Source: Pseudomonadota bacterium (GTDB taxonomy: Bacteria > Pseudomonadota > Alphaproteobacteria > RF32 > CAG-239). Taken from it: DNA of 64,000 nt. Positions within the stretch are counted from its first letter, which is position 1, and each line of letters begins with the position of its first letter. The stretch covers positions 512 to 64,511 of the forward strand of contig JAHALQ010000007.1 of the NCBI GenBank assembly GCA_018362935.1, given 5' to 3'. The notes under the pieces were generated by a model. The model saw only the letters and a program-made list of their open reading frames with translations, searched no databases and was not told the DNA's origin. Below, in pieces: positions 1 through 9,447 of the stretch. A program made the position numbers and the translations under genes.

Positions 1-888
1 CTGACCAAAAAAGGCACACCGACCATGGGCGGGCTGCTGATTTTGGGCGCTTCAATTTTAAGTATGCTGGTTTGCAGCGACTTAACCAATTCTCTGGTAT
101 GGATATGCGTTTTAGTTTTGCTGGTTTTCGGGTTTGTCGGATTTGCGGATGACTATGTCAAAGTCACCAAACAGACGGCCAATGCCATGACGGCCAAAAT
201 GAAACTGTTTTTGCAGTTTTCAACGGCATTAATTGCGGTCGGCGTGATTTCTTATCAGATGCCGGAAAATGAACGCTTTATTTTAAATTTTCCTTATTTT
301 ATGAACTTTATAATTGATTTGTGGTGGTTTTATGTGCCGTTTGCCATGGTGGTTATTGTCGGCAGTTCCAATGCGGTCAATCTGACCGACGGTCTGGACG
401 GTCTGGCTTCCGGTCTGTTGGTGATTGCCTTTGCCGTATTTATGGTTTTTGCCTATGTTGCAGGTTCGGATTTTGTCAGCGAATATTATCTGCTGCCGGT
501 GCCGCATGCCGCCGAAATTGCAGTTGTCTGCGCGGCGGTTGCCGGTTCATGTCTGGGCTTTTTGTGGTTTAATTCCGCGCCGGCAAAAGTGTTCATGGGC
601 GATACCGGTTCTCTGGCGGTCGGCGGTCTGCTCGGCACTGTTGCGGTCATCCTCAAACAGGAAATTTTGCTGGCGATAGTCGGTTTTGTTTTTGTGGCCG
701 AAGCGCTTTCGGTCATGATTCAGGTTTTCTGGTTCAAACGCACCGGCGGCAAAAGATTTTTCAAAATGGCGCCGATTCATCATCACTTTGAACAATGCGG
801 CTGGCCGGAAACCCGGGTGGTTATCCGTTTTTGGATTATCGGGACGGTTTTGGCGGTTATCGGCCTGCTGGCATTACAAATGAGGTAA
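1..888 (+). CDS. mraY: phospho-N-acetylmuramoyl-pentapeptide transferase MraY, 5' end cut by window edge
   Basis: The frame is open from nt 1 (LTKKGTPTMGG). NAVNLTDGLDGLA and HHHFE motifs and a polytopic membrane profile fit MraY, and the gene heads the dcw cluster. Confidence 0.92.
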   Translation: MTKKGTPTMGGLLILGASILSMLVCSDLTNSLVWICVLVLLVFGFVGFADDYVKVTKQTANAMTAKMKLFLQFSTALIAVGVISYQMPENERFILNFPYFMNFIIDLWWFYVPFAMVVIVGSSNAVNLTDGLDGLASGLLVIAFAVFMVFAYVAGSDFVSEYYLLPVPHAAEIAVVCAAVAGSCLGFLWFNSAPAKVFMGDTGSLAVGGLLGTVAVILKQEILLAIVGFVFVAEALSVMIQVFWFKRTGGKRFFKMAPIHHHFEQCGWPETRVVIRFWIIGTVLAVIGLLALQMR

Positions 889-897
889 ACATAAAAG

Positions 898-2025
898 ATG
901 ATAAGCTTTTCGAGAAACAGCCGCAGTATATTTGCAAATTGGTGGTGGACAATAGACAAAGTCCTGTTGCTGATGTTTGCGATTGTCATTGTTCTCGGGG
1001 CTTTTCTGACCTTTTCGGCCAGCCCGTCGGTGGCCAACCGCATCGGCTACGGCAGTTTTCATTTTGTCAAAAAACAGATGCTGTTTCTGCCGGCGGCAGT
1101 TGCGGGAATGCTTTTTCTGTCGATGCTCTCGCTCAAAAATATCCGCCGCATTGCCATTTTGGGATATGCGGCAACTATTCTGCTGATGTTTCTGACATTG
1201 TTTATCGGCGTGGAAAACAAAGGCGCGACGCGCTGGATTTCGATTTTCGGGTTTCAGCTGCAGCCGTCGGAGTTTGTCAAGCCGCTGTTTGTGATGGTAG
1301 CGGCGCTGTTGTTTGAGGCCGGAAAAAAATATCAGGATTTTCCGGGAATGCTGTTATCTGCCGGGCTGTATGTGCTGACCGCGGTTTTGCTTTTGGCGCA
1401 GCCGGATATCGGAATGTGTATCGTTGTCAGCGTCATTTGGTGTTTTCAGTTGTTTTTGGCCGGGCTGCCGCTGGCGTTTGTGTGGCTGCTGGCCGGCGCG
1501 GGATTGGTCGGCGCCGTCGGAATTTATGCCTTCTTTCCGCATGCGCAGGCGCGTATTGTACAGCTGTTTTCTTCCGAGCTCAGTTATCAGGTCAAAAAGG
1601 CGATGGCCGCTTTTGAAAACGGCGGCTGGTTCGGCGTCGGTCCCGGAGAGGGCGTTGCCAAACTGCATATCCCAGATGCGCATACCGACTTCATTTTTGC
1701 GGTGGCTGCCGAAGAATACGGCATGGTCTTCTGCCTGATTATCGTCGGCTTGTTTGCGGCGATTGTCATCCGCACCATGCTGTTGTCATGCCGCGAAAAC
1801 AACCTGTTTATCATTTTGGCGTCTTCCGGGCTGGTGGCCAGCTTTGGGCTGCAGGCCATTATTAATATGGCCTCGACCTTGCATATTGCGCCGACCAAAG
1901 GCATGGCGCTGCCGTTTATTTCATACGGCGGTTCGGCATTGCTTGGTACGGCAATCGGCATGGGGATGCTGCTGGCAATTACGCGCAAGAACGTTCACGC
2001 GGAGGACAAAGATGAAGAATACTGA
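898..2025 (+). CDS. ftsW: SEDS-family peptidoglycan polymerase FtsW
   Basis: Multi-TM protein with the PTKGMALPFISYGGSALL signature. It lies between mraY and murG. Confidence 0.9.
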   Translation: MISFSRNSRSIFANWWWTIDKVLLLMFAIVIVLGAFLTFSASPSVANRIGYGSFHFVKKQMLFLPAAVAGMLFLSMLSLKNIRRIAILGYAATILLMFLTLFIGVENKGATRWISIFGFQLQPSEFVKPLFVMVAALLFEAGKKYQDFPGMLLSAGLYVLTAVLLLAQPDIGMCIVVSVIWCFQLFLAGLPLAFVWLLAGAGLVGAVGIYAFFPHAQARIVQLFSSELSYQVKKAMAAFENGGWFGVGPGEGVAKLHIPDAHTDFIFAVAAEEYGMVFCLIIVGLFAAIVIRTMLLSCRENNLFIILASSGLVASFGLQAIINMASTLHIAPTKGMALPFISYGGSALLGTAIGMGMLLAITRKNVHAEDKDEEY

Positions 2026-3121
2026 TAAAAAACCGTTGATTATCCTGACGGCGGGCGGTACCGGCGGACATGTTTATCCGGCGGAATCACTGGCCGAGGA
2101 GCTGGAAAAACGCGGCTATGACCTGATGCTGATCACCGACTGCCGCGGCAAAGACAATTATAAAGGCCGGCTTGGCCAAATGCCCAACGTGGCGGTGTGG
2201 TCGGGCGGTGTGGTCGGCAAGTCCAGATTATTCAAAATCAGAAGTTTGTTAAAGACTTGTATCGGAATTGTGCAGGCGTTGTTTGTGCTATTGCGGCATA
2301 AGCCGGTCTGCGTTGTCGGTTTCGGGGGTTATGCTTCATTTCCCGCTTGTATGGCCGCTTTGCTGTCGGGGACGGACTTGGTTTTGCATGAGCAAAATTC
2401 GGTGATGAGCCGCACCAACCGTTATTTGTGCAGATATGCTTCTTTGGTGGCGCAAAGCTTCCGCAATGTCAAATATGCGCCGGAAGGACGCAGATGTGTA
2501 TTGTGCGGCATGCCTGTACGCGCCAATATTGTGGCGGCCGGCGATAAAGAGTATCCGCCGCTGAATGACGGCGATAAGATGCAGATTCTGGTCTTGGGCG
2601 GGAGCCAGGGTGCCAGAATTTTCGGCGAGGTCATGCCGCAGGCCGCAGCTCTGCTGGCGCCGGAAATCCAGTCAAGGCTGAAAATCTATCAGCAATGCCG
2701 CAAAGGCGAAGAACAAAAAATTACCAAAGCTTATGCGGAGACATCGTGCGAAATCGTGGTCAGCCATTTTTTTGAAAATATGGCAGAATTATATGCCGGA
2801 TGCCATTTGGTTATTTCGCGTTCGGGAGCTTCTTCGGTATCGGAAATTGCCGTGGCCGGCGTGCCTTCGGTTTTGGTGCCTCTGCCGACGGCAGCTGACG
2901 ACCATCAGACTTCAAATACCCGGGATTTGGCCGAAACAGGGGGAGGAATTATGATTTTGCAGAACGAGTTTGAGGCGCGGAAAGTTAAACAAATTATTGA
3001 AGATTTGTTTAATAATTACGGAAAACTGCGCAAAATGTCGGACAATGCCAAAAAGGCCGGTATTAAGGATGCGGCAAAACGTTTTGCCGATGCGATTGAG
3101 AAAGAAGTTGTCAAAGCATAG
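2012..3121 (+). CDS. murG: UDP-GlcNAc:lipid I N-acetylglucosaminyltransferase MurG
   Basis: N-terminus is MKNTDKKPLIILTAGGTGGHVYPA with a GT28 fold pattern. The start is set at ATG 2012, because the longer ORF-track model from 1754 overlaps ftsW in another frame. Confidence 0.9.
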   Translation: MKNTDKKPLIILTAGGTGGHVYPAESLAEELEKRGYDLMLITDCRGKDNYKGRLGQMPNVAVWSGGVVGKSRLFKIRSLLKTCIGIVQALFVLLRHKPVCVVGFGGYASFPACMAALLSGTDLVLHEQNSVMSRTNRYLCRYASLVAQSFRNVKYAPEGRRCVLCGMPVRANIVAAGDKEYPPLNDGDKMQILVLGGSQGARIFGEVMPQAAALLAPEIQSRLKIYQQCRKGEEQKITKAYAETSCEIVVSHFFENMAELYAGCHLVISRSGASSVSEIAVAGVPSVLVPLPTAADDHQTSNTRDLAETGGGIMILQNEFEARKVKQIIEDLFNNYGKLRKMSDNAKKAGIKDAAKRFADAIEKEVVKA

Positions 3122-3132
3122 GGAGAAAAGCA

Positions 3133-4056
3133 ATGTTTGGTTTCGGGTGCAAAAAAAATGACTTGGTGGAGCTGCTGCCTGAAGTGCGCGGCCGGTATCT
3201 GTGTAATGTACCGCTGTCAAAACATACCTGGTTCGGGGTCGGCGGTCCGGCCGAAGTGATGTTCTATCCCGAAGATGACAAAGATTTGGAATGGTTTATG
3301 CGGACAAAGCCCTATAATCTGCCGATTTGCGTTATCGGCGGCGGTTCCAACCTGCTGGTGCGCGACGGCGGCGTTCCCGGGGTGGTCATCAAACTGGACA
3401 GCAAATATTACCGCCGCTTTGAGCTTAGCGAAGGGCTAATTACCTGCGGCGCGGGCATGCGCAACGGCGATTTGAAAAAAATTATGCTTGAAAACAATCT
3501 CGGCGGTTTGGAATTCTTGGTTTCGATACCGGGGCACCTCGGCGGTTCAATCAAGACCAATGCCGGCTGTTTCGGCAAAGAGGTCAAAGACGTGCTTGTC
3601 AAGGTGACGATTGTCAACGGCGAGGGCGAATTGCGCGATGTTCCTGCCGAAGAACTTACTCTGGGGTATCGCAGCAGCTGTTTTCCCGATGACTGGATTA
3701 TCACGTCGTTGACGTTTAGGACAGAACCGCAGGAAGCGGAGAAGACCAAACAGATTATTGCCGAGCAGAAGGCCTATCGCGAGAAGTCCCAACCGCACAA
3801 TGTGCGCACGGCCGGGTCGACGTTCAAGAATCCGGAGGGGCTGCGCGCCTGGGAGCTGATAAAAAAATCAGGCTGCGCGGATTTGCATATTAACGGTGCG
3901 AGAGTTTCGGACAAGCACTGCAATTTTTTGGTGAATACCGGAAAAGCGACGGCGCATGATTTGGAAACGCTCGGCGAAACGATTGTTCAAAAGGTTAAAG
4001 AACATACGTCTATTACTTTAGAATGGGAAGTCAAGCGTCTGGGTATCCGTAAATAA
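3133..4056 (+). CDS. murB: UDP-N-acetylenolpyruvoylglucosamine reductase MurB
   Basis: FAD-binding N-terminal region (GGGSNLLVRD), a GSTFKNP motif and dcw context. Confidence 0.9.
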   Translation: MFGFGCKKNDLVELLPEVRGRYLCNVPLSKHTWFGVGGPAEVMFYPEDDKDLEWFMRTKPYNLPICVIGGGSNLLVRDGGVPGVVIKLDSKYYRRFELSEGLITCGAGMRNGDLKKIMLENNLGGLEFLVSIPGHLGGSIKTNAGCFGKEVKDVLVKVTIVNGEGELRDVPAEELTLGYRSSCFPDDWIITSLTFRTEPQEAEKTKQIIAEQKAYREKSQPHNVRTAGSTFKNPEGLRAWELIKKSGCADLHINGARVSDKHCNFLVNTGKATAHDLETLGETIVQKVKEHTSITLEWEVKRLGIRK

Positions 4057-4950
4057 ATGGCAGAGCAAGCATTAAACATAACCGAAGAAATCAAGAAACC
4101 GGCGCCGGATAATCCGGAGAACATCGTGCGTCCCGAGAAAGAGTGGCCATGGCGTCTGGCCGGCAGCCTCGGCGTATTGCTGTTTATTGCTTTTTGGGCG
4201 GGATTAGTGCTGACGCTCAAAAACGATTTGGTCAACAAAAAAATCGAAACATGGAAAAACGGCTTTTACGACTGGGCGGCGGAACAGGGGTTTGTGCTGG
4301 ACGATGTTCTGGTTTCCGGACGCGATAAAACCTCAAAAAAAGAAATAAATGATTTGCTTGCTTTGAAACGCGGCGACAATATTCTTAAAATTGACGTTTA
4401 CGATATTAAACAAAAACTTGAAAAACTGCCGTGGGTGCGCGAAGTTACCGTTCATAAAAGCTATTTTCCGAATGTGGTGCATATTGAAATACAAGAAAAA
4501 GAAGTCAAAGCGATTTGGCAGATTAATGAAAAATTTTATCCGCTGGATGCCGAAGGAAAAGTGATTGAGGCGGAGTTCCATATCAGCGAGCCGATTTTGC
4601 TGATTGTCGGTTCGGGTGCGCCGGAAAATTTCAAAAATCTCATGGAAGCGCTTAATGACGGCAAATATGACTATCTGGACAAAGTGAAGGTTGCCAATTT
4701 TATTTCCGGGCGCCGCTGGAATCTGATTCTTAATGACATTCGCGAAGGCATAACCGTGAAGCTGCCGGAGGAGAATATCGGCGAAGCCTGGAAAAAATTG
4801 TTGAAACTAAATGAAACAAAAGGGATTTTTAAGCGTAAATTAACCATCATCGATTTAAGATTACCTCATAAGATTGTGGTAAAAATCCGCAAAGCACGCC
4901 GTTCCGGAGAAAGCGGGCCTTTGAAGCCGGTTGCGGAGCACCAGATTTAA
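4057..4950 (+). CDS. ftsQ: cell division protein FtsQ
   Basis: A single TM segment is followed by a POTRA-like region. The gene sits directly upstream of ftsA. Confidence 0.8.
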   Translation: MAEQALNITEEIKKPAPDNPENIVRPEKEWPWRLAGSLGVLLFIAFWAGLVLTLKNDLVNKKIETWKNGFYDWAAEQGFVLDDVLVSGRDKTSKKEINDLLALKRGDNILKIDVYDIKQKLEKLPWVREVTVHKSYFPNVVHIEIQEKEVKAIWQINEKFYPLDAEGKVIEAEFHISEPILLIVGSGAPENFKNLMEALNDGKYDYLDKVKVANFISGRRWNLILNDIREGITVKLPEENIGEAWKKLLKLNETKGIFKRKLTIIDLRLPHKIVVKIRKARRSGESGPLKPVAEHQI

Positions 4951-4973
4951 ATGAGCAAAGGATGTAAAAAAAC

Positions 4974-6233
4974 GTGACACATTCGTTTAACAGAGCCACC
5001 ACTATTGCCGCCCTTGATATCGGGTCTTCCAAGGTATGCTGTGTTATTGCCAAAATGAGCCGCGACCGCAAGATTAACATTGCCGGTTACGGCTACAATG
5101 CATCCAAGGGTATAAAAAACGGCGTGGTGACGGATATTAACCAGGCGACACTGTCGGTCTGCAACGCGGTGGAAACGGCCGAGCAGATGGCGAATGAGCG
5201 GATTGACCGCGTGATTGTCAATATCTCCGGCGAAAAAATCAAAAGCGTGATTAAAGAATCTTCAATTACGCTCAACAAAAATCGTCCGGTTAACGAAAGC
5301 GACCTCATGAAAGTGGTCGAAAAAGGCATCCATAAAATTAATGTCGAAGGCTGCGAACTAATACACTGCCTGTCAACCAATTACCGGCTGGACGGCGGCG
5401 AAGAAATCAAGGACCCGCGCAATATATTCGGCGAAACGCTGTCGGTGGACATTCTGCTCGGATTGGTGCCGGACATCCTTTATCGCAATGTGGCAACGGT
5501 TATTGAAAACGCACATCTGGAAATTGCCGGCAAAACTTTTTCGTCCTATGCTTCGGGTCTGTCGTGCCTGGTTGATGACGAGCGCGAACTCGGCGCGACG
5601 GTGATTGACATGGGCGGCGGTACAACCTCGATTGCCAGTTTCCGGCATGGCTACCCGGTATATTTCGGCGCAATTCCGGTCGGCGGCAACAACGTTACCA
5701 ATGACATAGCCTATGGGCTGACAACGTCTTTCTCACATGCCGAACGGCTGAAAACGCTGCACGGATGCGCTTTTCTGACAACCCAGGATAATTTGGAAAC
5801 GATTAATGTTTATCCGGTCGGCGAGGAAGACGACAGCTGCATTAAACAAATTCCGCGGGCGGATTTGATAAGCATTATAACCCCGAGAATCGAAGAAACT
5901 TTTGAGATGGTCAACCGCAAACTGGCGGAAGTCGGACTGCACAACGTTTCGTCGCATCGGGTGGTGCTGACCGGCGGCGCCTCGCAACTGCCCGGCGTGC
6001 GCGAAATTGCGTCGATGGTGCTGGACAAACAGGTTCGCCTCGGGCGTCCGAAAAATATTCTGAATCTGCCTGACGAATTGTACAGCCCGGCTTTTTCGAC
6101 ATGCATCGGCATGCTGTTGTTTGTGTTGAATTCGCCCGAGCGCAAACCCGGCAAAATCGTCAATAAGCCGGCGGTTTCGGGCAACGGCGTCGGCGCGCAG
6201 ATAGCCTCATGGCTTAAGATACTTTTTTCTTAA
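4974..6233 (+). CDS. ftsA: cell division protein FtsA (actin-like ATPase)
   Basis: ALDIGSSKV and DMGGGTTS phosphate-binding motifs. The start is GTG and the gene precedes ftsZ. Confidence 0.92.
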   Translation: MTHSFNRATTIAALDIGSSKVCCVIAKMSRDRKINIAGYGYNASKGIKNGVVTDINQATLSVCNAVETAEQMANERIDRVIVNISGEKIKSVIKESSITLNKNRPVNESDLMKVVEKGIHKINVEGCELIHCLSTNYRLDGGEEIKDPRNIFGETLSVDILLGLVPDILYRNVATVIENAHLEIAGKTFSSYASGLSCLVDDERELGATVIDMGGGTTSIASFRHGYPVYFGAIPVGGNNVTNDIAYGLTTSFSHAERLKTLHGCAFLTTQDNLETINVYPVGEEDDSCIKQIPRADLISIITPRIEETFEMVNRKLAEVGLHNVSSHRVVLTGGASQLPGVREIASMVLDKQVRLGRPKNILNLPDELYSPAFSTCIGMLLFVLNSPERKPGKIVNKPAVSGNGVGAQIASWLKILFS

Positions 6234-6356
6234 CGCGGGTACGGTAGATTTTTTCTGCAAATAAATCTTAAAAACGTTTTCTTGGTAACGAAACCTTAAG
6301 GTATTTCGTTCTATCCTGTGTTTAAGTAAAAACAGGATTTGGGAGTAAGAAATACC

Positions 6357-8054
6357 ATGTCAATCAAGTTAGCCGTACCAGACAAAACAATGATGCAGTT
6401 GAAACCGCGGATTTCGGTTATCGGAGTCGGCGGCGGCGGCGGAAACGCCGTTAACAACATGATTGCCCAGAATCTGGAAGGCGTTGATTTTATTGTTGCG
6501 AACACGGATGCCCAGGCATTGGAAAATTCCAAGTCTAGCCGCCGGATTCAGCTCGGTTTGCAAACGACCAAAGGGCTTGGCGCCGGTGCGCGTCCGGAAG
6601 TCGGCAAAATGGCCGCCGAGGAAGCCCGAGAAGAAATCGAGCGCGAACTTGAAGGCGCCAATATGGTGTTTATTACCGCCGGTATGGGCGGCGGCACAGG
6701 TTCCGGCGCGGCTCCGGTGGTGGCAAAAATAGCCAAAGAAAAAGGAATTCTTACTGTCGGCGTGGTGACCAAGCCTTTTCAGTTTGAGGGTAAAAAGCGT
6801 TATCAGACGGCCGAGACCGCTCTTGAGAATTTTACAAGGGAAGTTGACAGCATTATCGTTATTCCCAACCAAAATCTTTTTAGAATCGCCGACAAAAACA
6901 CGACGCTGGTTGATGCTTTTGTCATGGCTGACAATGTCTTGTATGCCGGCGTACGTTCGATTACCGATTTGATGATGATGCCGGGGCTGATTAACCTCGA
7001 TTTTGCCGATATCAAGGCGATTATGGAAGACAAGGGCAAAGCGATTATGGGCACCGGCGAAGCCGAGGGCGAGGACCGCGCGATTAAGGCGGCTGAGCAG
7101 GCTTTGGCCAATCCGCTGCTGGATGATTGCTCAATGCGCGGCGCCAAAGGCGTATTGATTAACATTACCGGCGGCAGCGATGTCAAGTTGTTTGAAATTG
7201 ACGATGCAGCCAACCGTATCAAAGAAGAAGTCGACGAAGAAGCCAACATTATTTTCGGCTCGAGCTTTGACGAGAGCCTGGGAGATAAAATCCGCGTTTC
7301 AATTGTCGCTACCGGCATTGAGGACGGTAAAGCCCAAAAGGCGCCGGTTAACAAACCGGTTATTGCGCCGAGCTATGTTGAAGAAAGTTTTGTGAAGGTT
7401 GATGCTGAACCTTCTGCTCCAAATGTCAATCTGCAAGAGAATTTGGAGGCCTTCTCGGCTGTGAAGAGTGATTTAGCCCCCGAGCAGCTTGACGAAGTTA
7501 TTGATAAAGCAACGGCCGCTTCCCTTTCGGAAGATGCCGAAGACGAAGACGTTGTCAGTGTCGCTGCGGCGCCGGAGGCCGAGCCGGAAGTCAAGTTTGA
7601 TGATTTTGATTCTCTGGAAAAATCCAGCGTCATAGAAGAGCTGCCGAACGCTTCCTCTTTGTTTAAAGCTATTATTAATAAGCCGGACGGTATGAGCGAA
7701 GAAGAAATGCTTGAAAACGCCATACCCTCAAGCGAAAGCGTCTTTAAGGCCAAGACAGCTGTTCGCACGGTTGAAGAAGAACCTGAATTATTTCCCGAAC
7801 ACAATCCTTTGAAGACAACTTCCCGCAAACAGGAAGATGTTGAAGAACTGATTGTCAGTGATGAAGAGAAATATACGCGCACGCCGACTTTTATTGAGCG
7901 GGTGACGGGTTTCTCGATTGCCAAAAGAAACCAGAAAAAACAAAAGGAAGCCGAACGCAAACAAGAGCCGGTCAGCCCGAGTTTTTCTGATGACGATTTT
8001 GGGCAGGAAGACAGATTGAACCTTGAAATTCCGTCATTCCTGCGCAGGAAATAA
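6357..8054 (+). CDS. ftsZ: cell division GTPase FtsZ with long acidic linker
   Basis: [13 protein letters not shown] and [10 protein letters not shown] tubulin signatures. An acidic linker of about 230 aa ends in the C-terminal peptide [10 protein letters not shown]. The start is placed at the ATG after a GGGAG-type RBS. Confidence 0.95.
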   Translation: MSIKLAVPDKTMMQLKPRISVIGVGGGGGNAVNNMIAQNLEGVDFIVANTDAQALENSKSSRRIQLGLQTTKGLGAGARPEVGKMAAEEAREEIERELEGANMVFITAGMGGGTGSGAAPVVAKIAKEKGILTVGVVTKPFQFEGKKRYQTAETALENFTREVDSIIVIPNQNLFRIADKNTTLVDAFVMADNVLYAGVRSITDLMMMPGLINLDFADIKAIMEDKGKAIMGTGEAEGEDRAIKAAEQALANPLLDDCSMRGAKGVLINITGGSDVKLFEIDDAANRIKEEVDEEANIIFGSSFDESLGDKIRVSIVATGIEDGKAQKAPVNKPVIAPSYVEESFVKVDAEPSAPNVNLQENLEAFSAVKSDLAPEQLDEVIDKATAASLSEDAEDEDVVSVAAAPEAEPEVKFDDFDSLEKSSVIEELPNASSLFKAIINKPDGMSEEEMLENAIPSSESVFKAKTAVRTVEEEPELFPEHNPLKTTSRKQEDVEELIVSDEEKYTRTPTFIERVTGFSIAKRNQKKQKEAERKQEPVSPSFSDDDFGQEDRLNLEIPSFLRRK

Positions 8055-8075
8055 ATTATTAAGTTGTAAACCAGC

Positions 8076-8105
8076 AAAAACCCCGCTTCAAAGCGGGGTT
8101 TTTTG
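8076..8105. terminator. bidirectional intrinsic terminator between ftsZ and the XRE gene
   Basis: AAAAA-CCCCGC-ttcaaa-GCGGGG-TTTTTT. Confidence 0.85.
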
Positions 8106-8138
8106 TTATGATAAAATTGGAATTACACGGGAAATCGA

Positions 8139-8522
8139 TTATTTTTTGTATTTTAACAGAATGTTGATTTGATCATTTATCATTTGCAATGTTTTGTCAT
8201 CGGCTTTTTGTAGCTTATTGATTATAACTTCCAGTAACGGCGGATAGTCAGGATTGTCTGGCTGAAGCTTTTCTATTCCATTATAGGGATATACTTTTTT
8301 TAATGCTTCAGGCAAATCAAAGCCTGCACTAATTGAAAGCTCCATCATAGTTGAAAGAGTAGGATTTTGTTTTAATGCTTCAATATTCAAAATTGAGCTG
8401 TCGCTTATACCTGTTTCTTTTGAGATTTTATAGGTGCTGATGTTATTTTGTTTTCTCTGGTTCTTAAATGCCAAAATAATTTTATTTACGAGGTTTTTAT
8501 ATTTTCTTTTATTGTTCAGCAT
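8139..8522 (-). CDS. XRE-family helix-turn-helix protein, orphan, AT-rich
   Basis: HTH segment ISTYKISKETGISDSSILNIE. The local composition is much more AT-rich than the flanks. Confidence 0.6.
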   Translation of the reverse strand: MLNNKRKYKNLVNKIILAFKNQRKQNNISTYKISKETGISDSSILNIEALKQNPTLSTMMELSISAGFDLPEALKKVYPYNGIEKLQPDNPDYPPLLEVIINKLQKADDKTLQMINDQINILLKYKK

Positions 8523-8713
8523 TATTAATGACCCATAAAATTGTTATTATATGCTACTATAAATTATCATCACAATATCTTATATCTTTGTGTAATATGT
8601 TATATGTTTACAGAGATATGGTGCTGTATGCCGGTTATGCAATTATCCTCATATTTTGCACATCCGTATTGACTTTCCCCGGAAATTGCCAAACAAAGCT
8701 ATCGTCAACTTAT

Positions 8714-9445
8714 TTAAAACAGGCTGCCCTGCGCCGTGGACGAAAGCGAGACAATTGCTTCTTTGACAATGTTGATTGTTATGGCATGTTTGCGTTCCAG
8801 CGAGATGTTGTCAATTTCCTCGACCAATTTGCGCGCATAGGAAAATGAACGCTGCATGTTGCCGAGCATGTAATTGATAACTTCCGGCGTCGGCAGAATC
8901 TGGCGGTCGTCAAACAGTTTGACGAGTAATGCGGACAACAGGTCGTCGTCCGGGGTTTTTATCTCTATGGCCGGCAGAATGTTCAACCGCGAGCGCAGGT
9001 CGGGCAGGGTAATGTTCAGGCGCGCCGGCGCTGCCGACGAAGTAAAAAGTATATTGCCGCCTTCGTCGCGGTAGAGGTTGTATATATGAAACAAAGCTTC
9101 CTGATTTGTCAGTTTTTCAAGGTTTTCGATTATCAGGCATTTGTGCTCTTCAAAAGCTTTGCGGATATAAGCCAAGTCCAGAAACTCGGCGCGAACCGAC
9201 GGAACCTTATACGGGTGTTCGGTCAGGCGGGCGACGTTGGTGGCAAACACGTTGGCCAGATGCGTTTTGCCGCAGCCTTCCGGGCCGTAAATGCAAATTC
9301 CGAAATAAGGCCAGTCCGGCCAGCGGTCAACCAGCGACACCGCTTCGGCATTGCAGTCGGCAACCAGAAAGTCCTCGCGCCCGAGGCTTTCACGGTGCGG
9401 AAAATCGAGGGCAAACTGCCGGGATGTCGAAAGGCTGCGCGTCAT
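8714..9445 (-). CDS. hdaA: DnaA-related regulatory inactivator HdaA
   Basis: AAA+ Walker A GPEGCGKTHL in a protein of about 240 aa, with a DnaA domain III-like sequence. Confidence 0.8.
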   Translation of the reverse strand: MTRSLSTSRQFALDFPHRESLGREDFLVADCNAEAVSLVDRWPDWPYFGICIYGPEGCGKTHLANVFATNVARLTEHPYKVPSVRAEFLDLAYIRKAFEEHKCLIIENLEKLTNQEALFHIYNLYRDEGGNILFTSSAAPARLNITLPDLRSRLNILPAIEIKTPDDDLLSALLVKLFDDRQILPTPEVINYMLGNMQRSFSYARKLVEEIDNISLERKHAITINIVKEAIVSLSSTAQGSLF

Positions 9446-9447
9446 GT

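Noticed and set aside
1754-2011. An N-terminal extension of about 86 aa on the murG ORF-track model.
   Set aside because: It overlaps the ftsW 3' region in another frame, and its sequence is not MurG-like. The canonical GGTGGH N-terminus starts at ATG 2012.
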